A stretch of 64,000 nt of DNA from an uncultured Coriobacteriaceae bacterium (GTDB lineage Bacteria > Actinomycetota > Coriobacteriia > Coriobacteriales > Coriobacteriaceae): contig OZ007031.1 of NCBI GenBank assembly GCA_963931605.1, positions 913,332-977,331 of the forward strand. The letters run 5' to 3'. The translations under genes and the position numbers were made by a program. Position 1 is the first letter of the stretch, and every line of letters begins with the position of its first letter. The notes below the pieces were generated by a model. The model was not told the DNA's origin. It did no database searches and saw only the letters and a list, made by a program, of their open reading frames with translations. Shown one piece after another: positions 31,109 to 40,727 of the stretch.

Positions 31109-33328
31109 ATGAAGCAGCAGAACGGCAGCACCAACCGCAAGCGGAAAGGGAGCGGGAAGCAGCACCTTCCCCGTCCGCACGCAAACAAGCATCCGAAAGG
31201 TTCAGACGGCCGCGCCGCCCGGCGCAGCGGAGCCTCAAGCAAAACCGAAGGCAAACCGCGCGGCGCCGAACGGCAGCGCACGACAAAGCCCCTGGCAGAC
31301 CCCTGCGGCCCTACCGCCCTCGGCATCGCGCGCGAGGCCTTCCTGCCCGTCTCGCGCGCCGACATGGAGGCGCGCGGCTGGGATCAGTGCGACTTCGTGT
31401 ACGTGTGCGGCGACGCGTACGTTGACCACCCCTCCTTCGGCATGGCCATCATCACGCGCGTGCTCGAGGCGCACGGCTACCGCGTGGGCGTGATCTGCCA
31501 GCCCGACTGGACCGACCCCGCGAGCGTTACCGCCCTAGGCGAGCCGCGTCTGGCGTTTCTCGTCTCGGCGGGCAACATGGACTCCATGGTGAACCACTAC
31601 AGCGTGAGCAAGCACCGCCGCCGCACCGACGCCTACACCCCCGGCGGAGCCGCGCGCGCCCGCCCCGACCACGCCGCCGTGGTGTACGGCAACCTCATCC
31701 GCCGCACCTACAAGGACGTGCCGGTGATTCTCGGCGGCATCGAGGCGAGCCTCAGGCGCTTGGCGCACTACGACTACTGGTCGGACAAGCTCAAGCGCTC
31801 GATCCTTCTGGACGCAGGCGCCGACCTGGTGATCTACGGCATGGGCGAGAAGCCCGTGGTGGAGGTGGCCGACGCGCTGGCAGCCGGGCTCCCGGTTGAC
31901 CAGATCACCTACGTGGCCGGCACCTGCTACCGCACGCGCTCGCTCGAGCATGTCTACGACGCCACCGAGCTGCCCTCGTGGGACGAGCTCGAGGCCGACA
32001 AGCTCGCCTACGCGCGCAGCTTCAACGTGCAACATCAGAACATGGACCCCATCCGCGGCGGCCGGCTGGTAGAGGCCTACCCGCACAGCGTGTATGTGGT
32101 GCAGAACCCGCCCGCCGCCCCGCTCACCACCCCCGAGATGGACGCCGTCTACGCCCTGCCGTACACGCGCACCTACCACCCCGACTACGAGGCGGCCGGC
32201 GGCGTGCCCGCGCTCAAGGAGGTCAAGATGAGCCTGATCTCCAACCGCGGGTGCTTCGGCGAGTGCAGCTTCTGCGCGCTGACCTTCCACCAGGGACGCA
32301 TCCTGCAGGTGCGCAGCCACGAGAGCATCGTGGCCGAGGCGAGGCAGATCATCGCCGAGCCCGACTTCAAGGGCTACATCCACGACGTGGGCGGCCCCAC
32401 CGCCAACTTCCGCCAACCCGCCTGCAAGGCGCAGCTCAAACGCGGCGCGTGCGCCAACAAGCGCTGCCTGTGGCCCGGCGTGTGCAGCCAGATGGAGGTG
32501 AGCCACGCCGACTACGTGGAGCTGCTGCGCGAGCTGAGCGCGCTGCCCGGCGTGAAGAAGGTCTTCGTGCGCAGCGGCATCCGGTTCGACTACGTCATGG
32601 CCGACCCCGACGACACCTTCCTCACCGAGCTGTGCGCCAACCATGTGTCGGGCCAGCTCAAGGTGGCGCCCGAGCACGTGAGCGACGCCGTCCTCTCGGT
32701 TATGGGCAAGCCCAGCCGCGCGGTGTACGACCGCTTCTGCGACGCCTACCGCCGCACCAACAAGCGTCTGGGCAAAGACCAGTACCTGGTGCCCTACCTC
32801 ATGAGCAGCCATCCCGGGTCCACCATGAAGGAGGCCGTCGAGCTGGCCGAGTACTGCCGCGACCTTGGTTACATGCCCGAGCAGGTGCAGGACTTCTACC
32901 CCACCCCGAGCACCATGAGCACCTGCATGTACTACACCGGCGTGGACCCGCGCACCATGAAGCCGGTCTACGTGCCCAAAAGCCCTCACGAGAAGGCCAT
33001 GCAGCGCGCGCTTATCCAGTACCGCAAGCCCGAGAACTACGAGCTGGTGGCTGAAGCGCTCAGACGCGCGCATCGCACCGACCTCATCGGCTACGGGCCG
33101 AAGTGCCTGATCCGTCCGCGCAAAGGCGCGGGCCGGGACGGCAAGGGAGCAGGCGGGCAAGAAGCGCGCCCGTCCGGCGGGAAGGCGGAGCGCGGGAGCG
33201 CCGCGCGCAGCAGTCGCCCCAAGGCGGGCAAAGGCAAGGGCGGGGCGTTCCCGCGCGGCTCGTGGGCGCAGGGCCGCAACCGCGCCGGCCAGGGCCGCGA
33301 GGCCAACCGAGGCGGCCACCGCGGCTGA
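31109..33328 (+). CDS. ygiQ: YgiQ-family (UPF0313) radical SAM protein with basic N- and C-terminal tails, 739 aa
   Basis: Radical SAM CxxxCxxC (CFGECSFC). YgiQ N-domain CGDAYVDHPSFGMAII. GAGGA RBS 6 nt before ATG 31109, which I prefer over the track start at 31040. Confidence 0.88.
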   Translation: MKQQNGSTNRKRKGSGKQHLPRPHANKHPKGSDGRAARRSGASSKTEGKPRGAERQRTTKPLADPCGPTALGIAREAFLPVSRADMEARGWDQCDFVYVCGDAYVDHPSFGMAIITRVLEAHGYRVGVICQPDWTDPASVTALGEPRLAFLVSAGNMDSMVNHYSVSKHRRRTDAYTPGGAARARPDHAAVVYGNLIRRTYKDVPVILGGIEASLRRLAHYDYWSDKLKRSILLDAGADLVIYGMGEKPVVEVADALAAGLPVDQITYVAGTCYRTRSLEHVYDATELPSWDELEADKLAYARSFNVQHQNMDPIRGGRLVEAYPHSVYVVQNPPAAPLTTPEMDAVYALPYTRTYHPDYEAAGGVPALKEVKMSLISNRGCFGECSFCALTFHQGRILQVRSHESIVAEARQIIAEPDFKGYIHDVGGPTANFRQPACKAQLKRGACANKRCLWPGVCSQMEVSHADYVELLRELSALPGVKKVFVRSGIRFDYVMADPDDTFLTELCANHVSGQLKVAPEHVSDAVLSVMGKPSRAVYDRFCDAYRRTNKRLGKDQYLVPYLMSSHPGSTMKEAVELAEYCRDLGYMPEQVQDFYPTPSTMSTCMYYTGVDPRTMKPVYVPKSPHEKAMQRALIQYRKPENYELVAEALRRAHRTDLIGYGPKCLIRPRKGAGRDGKGAGGQEARPSGGKAERGSAARSSRPKAGKGKGGAFPRGSWAQGRNRAGQGREANRGGHRG

Positions 33329-33435
33329 GGCGCAGCGTGCGCCGCACGGCAGGCGGGGCCGGTCTTTGCCCGGAGCAGCTGAGCCCCAAGCAAAGATCGA
33401 CCCAGCACCGAAGAGCACCGAACGGGAACCTGCGC

Positions 33436-34182
33436 CTATGCCAACGGCCCGCAGTAGGCAGCCCCGGAACGCAGCACAGACTCGCGCACCAGCACGTCGA
33501 GCGCGTCCAAGCAACACGGCGGTACCGCGTGGTCGCGCTTGTACACCGAAAGCTCTGTGCACGCCAAGACAACCGTGCTGCAGCCCTTCTCGCCCACCAG
33601 CTCGTCCAGCACGCGGCCGAAGCGCTCCTCGCTCGCCGGCTTGCCGGCCTTGATCTCGTCGTAGATCAGCGCCATCACGTCGCGCTGCCGGTCAGGCGAA
33701 GGCGCCACCGCCTCAACGCCGAGCGCTTGGCACTCGCGCGCGTACACTCCGGCGGAAATGGTTCCGTCGGTAGCCATGATGCCGATGCGACGCGTGCCGC
33801 CCGCCGTGGCGGTGTCGCCCAAACCGTGCGCCACCGCGTAGCGTACGGTTTCGCGCGGCATGTGGATTACGGGTACCGCCGTCTCGGCCTGGATCTTGTC
33901 GTAGAAGAAATGAGAGGTGTTGCAGGGGATGGCGATGTGCGCCGCCCCCCAGCCCTCGAGCAGGCGCACGTCAGCAGCCATAGCGGCGATAAGCTCGCGA
34001 TCCTCGCCTGTCACGATGGCGCGGGTGCGGTCGGGCATGGAGGCGTGGCTGACGATGAGGGTGTCGATATGGTCTTGGTCGCCCGCCGCCTGCGTTGCGG
34101 CAATGAGCTGGTCGTAGAAGTAGCACGAGGCCTCCGGCCCCATTCCGCCGATGACGCCGAGCTTTTTGCGCGCTTGTTCCAT
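33436..34182 (-). CDS. aspartate/glutamate racemase-family protein (aspartate racemase-like), 248 aa
   Basis: GVIGGMGPEAS plus two catalytic-Cys motifs, IPCNTSH and LACTELS. GGGAGG RBS before ATG 34182. Confidence 0.85.
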   Translation of the reverse strand: MEQARKKLGVIGGMGPEASCYFYDQLIAATQAAGDQDHIDTLIVSHASMPDRTRAIVTGEDRELIAAMAADVRLLEGWGAAHIAIPCNTSHFFYDKIQAETAVPVIHMPRETVRYAVAHGLGDTATAGGTRRIGIMATDGTISAGVYARECQALGVEAVAPSPDRQRDVMALIYDEIKAGKPASEERFGRVLDELVGEKGCSTVVLACTELSVYKRDHAVPPCCLDALDVLVRESVLRSGAAYCGPLA

Positions 34183-34275
34183 GCCGCCTCCCTGTACGTT
34201 GCGTCGTCCCATACCGCCTGCCGCATGCGGGACGCAAGTGCCGCATCCGCCCCACGCGAAAGGTCGCGCATGCCT

Positions 34276-35490
34276 CTACGGGCGGTAGTTCTCCTTGTAA
34301 TCCTTGAAATAGCCGAGGTAGGTGTGCCACATGCGCAGCGTGCGGTTGAAACCGTTGTCGCCGCGCATGAACACGGGGTTCACCACCTCGCCCGCGCGCC
34401 ACAGCGCAAGTGCGTCCGCGCGGTTCTTGGGATCGGTCACGTAGCGTTTGATGACGCCCTTGGGCACCACGCTCCACAAGTGCGGCTTGCGCGGCGTCTC
34501 AAACGGCAGCTCGCAGCCGCGCACCCAATCCTCTACCAGGTACTTGGCAACGTTTAAGCCCGAACCCGTAACGTAGTAGTTGCTGCGGCCCTGGCGCGTG
34601 TTGAAGTCGAAGAACTTGAAGCGGCCGTCGCGCTGGTCGAACTTGACGTCGAAGTTGGCAAAGCCCACGTAACCCAGGTCCTCAAGCAGCTCCTTGATGC
34701 GCACCAGCTCGCCCAGCTCGGGCTCGGTGATGATGGCTGCGTGGTTGCCGCCGGCGTGCGGGGAGTGCTCCTCCAAAAGCACGTGGCCCAGGCACATCAT
34801 CTTGACCTTGCCGTTGCGGTCGGAGTACGTGGTGAGCACGCGCATGTACTCGTCGTTGCCCGGGATCATGTCTTGGATGATGAGGTCGCCGGAGTAGCCC
34901 GAGGCGTACACCTCGCCGATGACCCGCTCAAGCCGCGGACGGTCCTCGATGACGTACACCTTGAACTGGGTGTCAAACGGATGCGCCCAGTAGTCGATGC
35001 CGTCGGAGGGCTTGAGGATAACCGGGAAGGGGAAGTCAAGCGAGAAGTCCATCGGGGCGCCCTTCTTATACACGAAGGTGCCAGGACGTTCGATGGCGTG
35101 CTTGTCGCAGAAACGGTAGAACTCGTCCTTGCGCTGGAACGTGTCCATCATCTCGAAATCGATGTAGGGCGCGATCACGTTGGAGGGGTACGCGCCCTTG
35201 TGCTTGCTGGCCAGCGCCACGTAGTTGTCGCCGCAGCCAATGAGCAAGACTTTCTTGTCGGCGTGCGCCGCGGCGAAGGCGCTCACCGCAGCCACGAACT
35301 CGTCATCTTGGTCGATGTTCTCGTTGGGCGTGTACTCAACGATCTTGCTGCGGAAGCTCGGGCCGGTGTGGTACTTGCCGTACACGTAGGTCTTCACTTG
35401 GTACTGCTCGTAAAACGCGCGGGCCACGCTGTAAGAGTTGATGTCGCCGCCAAACACCAGCGGCACGAACTCGCGCTCGGTAAACTGCAT
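34276..35490 (-). CDS. ATP-grasp carboxylate-amine ligase (D-aspartate ligase-like, COG3919 type), 404 aa
   Basis: N-terminus FVPLVFGGDINSYSVARAFYEQY plus the ATP-grasp core (FPVILKPSDG, LIIQDMIPG, GFANFDVKFD). GGGGAG RBS before ATG 35490. Confidence 0.8.
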   Translation of the reverse strand: MQFTEREFVPLVFGGDINSYSVARAFYEQYQVKTYVYGKYHTGPSFRSKIVEYTPNENIDQDDEFVAAVSAFAAAHADKKVLLIGCGDNYVALASKHKGAYPSNVIAPYIDFEMMDTFQRKDEFYRFCDKHAIERPGTFVYKKGAPMDFSLDFPFPVILKPSDGIDYWAHPFDTQFKVYVIEDRPRLERVIGEVYASGYSGDLIIQDMIPGNDEYMRVLTTYSDRNGKVKMMCLGHVLLEEHSPHAGGNHAAIITEPELGELVRIKELLEDLGYVGFANFDVKFDQRDGRFKFFDFNTRQGRSNYYVTGSGLNVAKYLVEDWVRGCELPFETPRKPHLWSVVPKGVIKRYVTDPKNRADALALWRAGEVVNPVFMRGDNGFNRTLRMWHTYLGYFKDYKENYRP

Positions 35491-35693
35491 AGAGGCTCCC
35501 CCTGCATCGCGCAATGGCAATCGTCAGGCACCGAGAAGCGGCGCAGCCATCCGCAGCCGCCCGTCGGCGCATACGTGCCTTATGATAGCCCCTTGCGTGC
35601 GGGGGCCTGCGGTTTCCAACAGTTTTTCCGCATAGCCGCCTGCCGGCTGCGGGACGCAGGCGCAGCAGGGCGGCACGGCATGGGCGGCTGCGC

Positions 35694-36854
35694 CTAGATC
35701 CCCGCGGCTCGGATCGCCTCCACGGCGGCGCGCAGCCCCTCGGGCGGCAGCACGAGCGCCATGCGCACGTACCCCTCGCCGCTCGGGCCGAAGCTCGCGC
35801 CCGGGGTCACCACCACGCCGGCACGCTCCATGAGCTCCTCGCAAAACGCCAGGCTGTCGGTGCGGCCGCCGGGCAGCTTGGCCCACACGAACATGGTGCC
35901 GTGCGCGTTGGGCCGCTCCCAGCCGATGGCCTCCAGGCCGTCGCACAGCGCGTCGCGACGCTCCTGGTACAGCATCCGCTGGCGCTCCACGCCCTCGAGC
36001 GAACCGGTGAGCGCGGCGATGGCGGCCATCTGGATGGGATAGAACATTCCGAAGCTCATCTGCCCGCGCAGCTTGGCGAAAGCGGCCACCACGTCGGCGC
36101 GGCCCACCAGAAAGCCCACGCGCGCGCCGGTCACGTCAAACGACTTGGAGAGCGAGAAGAACTCCACGCCCTGCTCGAGCGCGCCCTCGTGCGCCAGGAA
36201 GCTGCCGCCGCGCTCGCCGTCGTAGATGATGTCGGAATAGGCGTTGTCGTGCACGATGAGAATGTCGTGTGCGCGCGCGAAGGCGATGATCTCCTCGTAC
36301 AGCCCAGGGGTGGCCACGCTGCCCACGGGGTTGGCCGGCAGCGACACGATCATGTACTTGGCGCGGTCGGCCACCTCGTCGGGGATGTCGGCCACGTGCG
36401 GCAGAAAGCCGTGCTCGGCGGTGAGCTTGTAGTAGTACGGCTTGGCCTTGGCGATAAAGGCGCCGCCCTGGAAGATGGGGTAGCACGGGTCGGGCACGAG
36501 CACCGTGTCGTCCTCGTCGAGCATCGCCAGCGCGAAGAGCCCCACGCCCTCCTGCGTGCCGTTCACGCTCGTCACCATGTCGGGCGTGATGCCCTCGACG
36601 CCGAAGCGGCGCGCGTAGTAGTCGCACACGGCCTGCTTGAGCTCGGGCAGGTCGCGCAGGGAGTACTTCCACATCTCGGGCTTGCGCGCCGCGTTGACGA
36701 GCGCGTCAACGATGTGCGGCGCCGGCGGGAAGTCGGGCGTGCCGACCGACAGGTTGTAGATCGTGCGCCCCTCGGCCTCCAGGGCCAGGCGCTTGTCGTT
36801 CAACGAAGCGAAGATCTCCTCGCCAAAGGCGTCCAAGCGTTTCGAGAACTGCAT
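35694..36854 (-). CDS. class I/II PLP-dependent aminotransferase, 386 aa
   Basis: Motifs PANPVGSV, VHDNAYSD and the PLP-lysine motif SLSKSFDVTGARVG. GGGGAG RBS before ATG 36854. Confidence 0.88.
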   Translation of the reverse strand: MQFSKRLDAFGEEIFASLNDKRLALEAEGRTIYNLSVGTPDFPPAPHIVDALVNAARKPEMWKYSLRDLPELKQAVCDYYARRFGVEGITPDMVTSVNGTQEGVGLFALAMLDEDDTVLVPDPCYPIFQGGAFIAKAKPYYYKLTAEHGFLPHVADIPDEVADRAKYMIVSLPANPVGSVATPGLYEEIIAFARAHDILIVHDNAYSDIIYDGERGGSFLAHEGALEQGVEFFSLSKSFDVTGARVGFLVGRADVVAAFAKLRGQMSFGMFYPIQMAAIAALTGSLEGVERQRMLYQERRDALCDGLEAIGWERPNAHGTMFVWAKLPGGRTDSLAFCEELMERAGVVVTPGASFGPSGEGYVRMALVLPPEGLRAAVEAIRAAGI

Positions 36855-36978
36855 GCGCTCCCCTCTCTTGTTGCGACGTTGCCGGCTGGCGAACCTGCCG
36901 GCCACGGGCCGCAACTGAAAAGGGCCCGTCGCGATGCGGCGAACCCTGCTGAACTCTCGCTTGGAAAGAGTATATACC

Positions 36979-37716
36979 TTAGGCCTCCGGGCAAAGGGAG
37001 AGCGCAGCCTCGTCGGCCACGATCGTAACATCCTGGTGGAACTGGAGGATGGAGGCGGGCAGCTGCGGGGTGACCGGGCCGTACACGGCGGCCTTGAGCG
37101 CCTCGGCCTTGTCAGCGCCGGAGACGACCACGAGGATCTTCTTGGCGCACATGATGGTGCCGATGCCCATGGTGTAGGCCTGGCGCGGCACGTCGTCGGC
37201 AGAGGCGAAGAAGCGCTTGTTGGCCTCGATAGTGCTCTCGGTCAGGTCGACGCAGTGGGTGGTGGCGGCGAAGTCGTCGGCCGGCTCGTTGAAGCCGATG
37301 TGGCCGTTGCGGCCGAGGCCCAGAAGCTGCAGGTCCATCCCGCCGAGCGCACGGACAGCGGCCTCGTAGGTGGCGCACTCGTCGTCAGCGTCGGGGTTCT
37401 CGCCGTTCGGCACGTGGGTGTTGGCCTTGTCGATGTTCACGTGGTCGAACAGGTTCTCGTTCATGAAGTAGTAGTAGCTCTGGTCGTTGGTGCGGGGCAG
37501 GCCGCGGTACTCGTCCAGGTTGTAGGTCACCACGTGTGAGAAGTCCACGTCGCCGGCCTCGTTGGCGGCGATCAGGTTCTTGTAGGTGCCCACCGGCGAG
37601 GAGCCGGTAGCCAGGCCGAGCTTGCTCTCGGGGTTGAGAACGACCTGAGCAGCGATGATGTTGGCTGCCTTGCGGCTCATGTCGTCATAGTCGCGCACGC
37701 GGATGATCTTGATCAT
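36979..37716 (-). CDS. nagB: glucosamine-6-phosphate deaminase, 245 aa
   Basis: Motifs GLATGSSPVGTY, YNLDEY and LGLGRNGHIGFNEP. Confidence 0.92.
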   Translation of the reverse strand: MIKIIRVRDYDDMSRKAANIIAAQVVLNPESKLGLATGSSPVGTYKNLIAANEAGDVDFSHVVTYNLDEYRGLPRTNDQSYYYFMNENLFDHVNIDKANTHVPNGENPDADDECATYEAAVRALGGMDLQLLGLGRNGHIGFNEPADDFAATTHCVDLTESTIEANKRFFASADDVPRQAYTMGIGTIMCAKKILVVVSGADKAEALKAAVYGPVTPQLPASILQFHQDVTIVADEAALSLCPEA

Positions 37717-37964
37717 GATCCCTCTTTCTGCCTGGGAGCGTCTGCTCCGCCCTTAGCACCTGCAGTGTTAAGTATACGTGAATTGATGAAAACCAACTGG
37801 TTACTACCAGTTGAATTCGCAAACGGTCGAAATCTCCATGTGAGGGGTCTAAACGGCAACATGTTGGCGGAAAATGTACAGAAATACGCGGCGAACGGCT
37901 GAGGCACGGCGTGTCGCCGGTGGCAAGGGTGCCTGCGGTAACGGTGCGCGATTTCCACGGGTAG

Positions 37965-38415
37965 CGGCGCGCGTTTTTCTCGGCAGGTGCTACGGTGCGC
38001 ATATTTCTCTCGACAGGTACGGCAGTGCGCACGCTTCTCTCGACAGATGCAGTCTACCTGAGCCTTTTGGGCCCAACCCTGCGCACTCTTCTCGGCAGAT
38101 GCAAAACCGACATGCGGCGCACTCCCCCAACGCTTGCATCTGTCGAGAAAAACCGGGCGAAATCGTGCAGCAATCCCTGCCGACGTCGCACCTGCCGAGA
38201 AGAACATGCCAACGCACCGTCAGTGGCCCCAGCCCCCTCACACCTGTCGAGAAAAACCAGCGAAACAGCGCGGCATACGTTGTCGACGTTGCGTCTGCCG
38301 AGACAAACTAACCGACATATCGCCAGCGGCTTTAACCTTCCTGCACCTGCCGAGAAGAACGCTCAAGGGGCCCCGCACTCGCACAAGCGGACGCATCTGC
38401 CGGGAAGATCGCGCA
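37965..38415. repeat. mirror repeat block E: four TTYTCTCGRCAGRTGC units, then six reverse-complement units at a 52-bp phase
   Basis: Forward motif starts at 37974, 38004, 38035, 38087. Reverse motif starts at 38136, 38188, 38240, 38291, 38343, 38393. Confidence 0.85.
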
Positions 38416-38452
38416 GAGCCCCCCGCGCGCAGAAAACGCCTGCGCCAGCCAA

Positions 38453-38488
38453 GAAAAAAGCGCTCCGGAGCATGAAGCCCCGGAGCGC
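38453..38488 (-). terminator. rho-independent terminator downstream of glmM
   Basis: On the minus strand: GCGCTCCGG-ggcttcatgct-CCGGAGCGC followed by TTTTTT. Confidence 0.7.
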
Positions 38489-38629
38489 TCGAAGCGCAAT
38501 CAGCACGATGCGGTGCAACGCCATCGGCGCAACATGATCAAGGCAACGTGACGCCCTCGGCGGACGCGTCGCCCGCAGCCGGGCACGCCCGCGCAGCACG
38601 CCCCGTCCTAGCGCCGTCGCCCCGCGCGC

Positions 38630-39970
38630 TTACTCGGCGCGGTACGGCTCGAGCGCCTTCAGCACGACGGCGTTGGCCTGCTGGCACAGCTCGTCGGTCG
38701 GCGCCTCGGCCAGCGTGCGCACAAGCGGCTCGGTGCCGGAAGCGCGCACGAGCACGCGACCGCGGTCGCCCAAAAACTCGTCGGCCTCCTTGGCGGCAGC
38801 CAGCACCGCCGGGTCGTTCATCGCCGCGTCCTTGTCGGTCACGCGCACGTTCACCAGCTCCTGCGGGTACAGCTTCACCGGCGCCGCCAGCTGCGAGAGC
38901 GTCTCGCGCTCGGCACGGATAACCTCCATCACGCGCAGCGAGGTCATGATGCCGTCGCCGGTGCACTCGATGTCGCCGAAGATGATGTGGCCCGACTGCT
39001 CGCCGCCCAGGCTGTAGCCGTTCTCGCGCATGCAGGCGTAGACGTACTTGTCGCCCACCTGCGTGGTCTCGTAGGAGAGGTGCGCCTGATCGAACGCCTT
39101 GAACAGGCCGTAGTTGCTCATGACGGTGGGCACCACGGTGCCGGCGGTGAGGCGGCCGTGCTTGTTTAGATACACGCCGCACACGTACAGGATGAGGTCG
39201 CCGTCGACCACGTTGCCGCGCTCGTCCACCGCCAGGCAGCGGTCGGCGTCGCCGTCGTAGGCAAAGCCCACGTCCAGGCCCTGCTCAACCACGTGGCGGC
39301 GCAGACGGTCGATGTGGGTGGAGCCGCAGTCCACGTTGATGTTGAGGCCGTTGGGCGCGTTGTTGATCACGCGGACGTCGGCGCCCAGCGCGTCGAACAC
39401 CGGCTTGGCCACCGAGGAGGCGGCGCCGTTTGCGCAGTCCAGGCCGATCTTGACGCCCTGGAGGGAGAAGTTGGCGCTGGCGATGAGGTGGGCGATGTAG
39501 CGGTTGCGGCCCTGCATGTAGTCGATCGTGGAGCCGATGGCGTCGCCGGTGGCCAGCGGCACCTCGCTCTCGCCGTCGATGTAGGCCTCGATAAGCTCAA
39601 GCACGTCCTCGTCCATCTTGTAGCCGTCGCCGTTGACGAGCTTGATGCCGTTGTCGGTGTAGGGGTTGTGGGAGGCCGAGATCATGATGCCGCAGTCGAA
39701 GCGGCCGTCGAGCGTCTCATAGGCCAGGCCCGGCGTGGGAATGACGTGCAGCATGTACACGTCGGCGCCGGAGGCCACGAGACCGGCGGTGAGCGCCGAC
39801 TCGAACATGTAGCTGGAGCGGCGGGTGTCCTTGCCCAGGACCACGCGCGCCTTCTTGCCCTGCCGCGCGCCGTAGTACCAGCCCACGTAGCGGCCGATCT
39901 TGAAGGCGTGGTCAACCGTGAGCCCCACGTTGGCCTCTCCACGGAAGCCGTCGGTGCCGAAGTACTTCAT
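38630..39970 (-). CDS. glmM: phosphoglucosamine mutase, 446 aa
   Basis: MKYFGTDGFRG, phosphoserine loop ISASHNPYTDNGIK, metal site FAYDGDADR, GEQSGH. AAGGAG RBS before ATG 39970. Confidence 0.93.
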   Translation of the reverse strand: MKYFGTDGFRGEANVGLTVDHAFKIGRYVGWYYGARQGKKARVVLGKDTRRSSYMFESALTAGLVASGADVYMLHVIPTPGLAYETLDGRFDCGIMISASHNPYTDNGIKLVNGDGYKMDEDVLELIEAYIDGESEVPLATGDAIGSTIDYMQGRNRYIAHLIASANFSLQGVKIGLDCANGAASSVAKPVFDALGADVRVINNAPNGLNINVDCGSTHIDRLRRHVVEQGLDVGFAYDGDADRCLAVDERGNVVDGDLILYVCGVYLNKHGRLTAGTVVPTVMSNYGLFKAFDQAHLSYETTQVGDKYVYACMRENGYSLGGEQSGHIIFGDIECTGDGIMTSLRVMEVIRAERETLSQLAAPVKLYPQELVNVRVTDKDAAMNDPAVLAAAKEADEFLGDRGRVLVRASGTEPLVRTLAEAPTDELCQQANAVVLKALEPYRAE

Positions 39971-40262
39971 AGGTAAAACTCCTTTGCGCGTCATGCGATA
40001 AAACGGCGGTGCCGCTTTCCCGACCCACGTAACAACTGGTCTGCTCAAAAGCAGACCACGCAGTATTGTAGCGCCCGCCGCGCGCAAGCATAGCGCCAGC
40101 GGGCAACTTGCTCAGAACGTCCACCGGCGGCGCGCACCGGCAGGCATCCGGCCGGGAATGCCGCGCGAGCGGCAAACGGGCAGAGGCATGGAAACGAACG
40201 GAAGCATAGCCCGTCCCCTGCCGCTGCGCACCCCGCGCGCCCGCCTGCAAACTGCGCCGTCA

Positions 40263-40296
40263 CAAAAAAAGAACCCGCCACGGGGACGGGTTCTTT
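40263..40296 (-). terminator. rho-independent terminator downstream of rpsI
   Basis: On the minus strand: GAACCCG-tccccgtgg-CGGGTTC followed by TTTTTTT. Confidence 0.75.
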
Positions 40297-40328
40297 GACA
40301 AGCAAATATACGCGACTCGCAGCGGCGC

Positions 40329-40724
<396 letters not shown>

Positions 40725-40727
40725 GGG

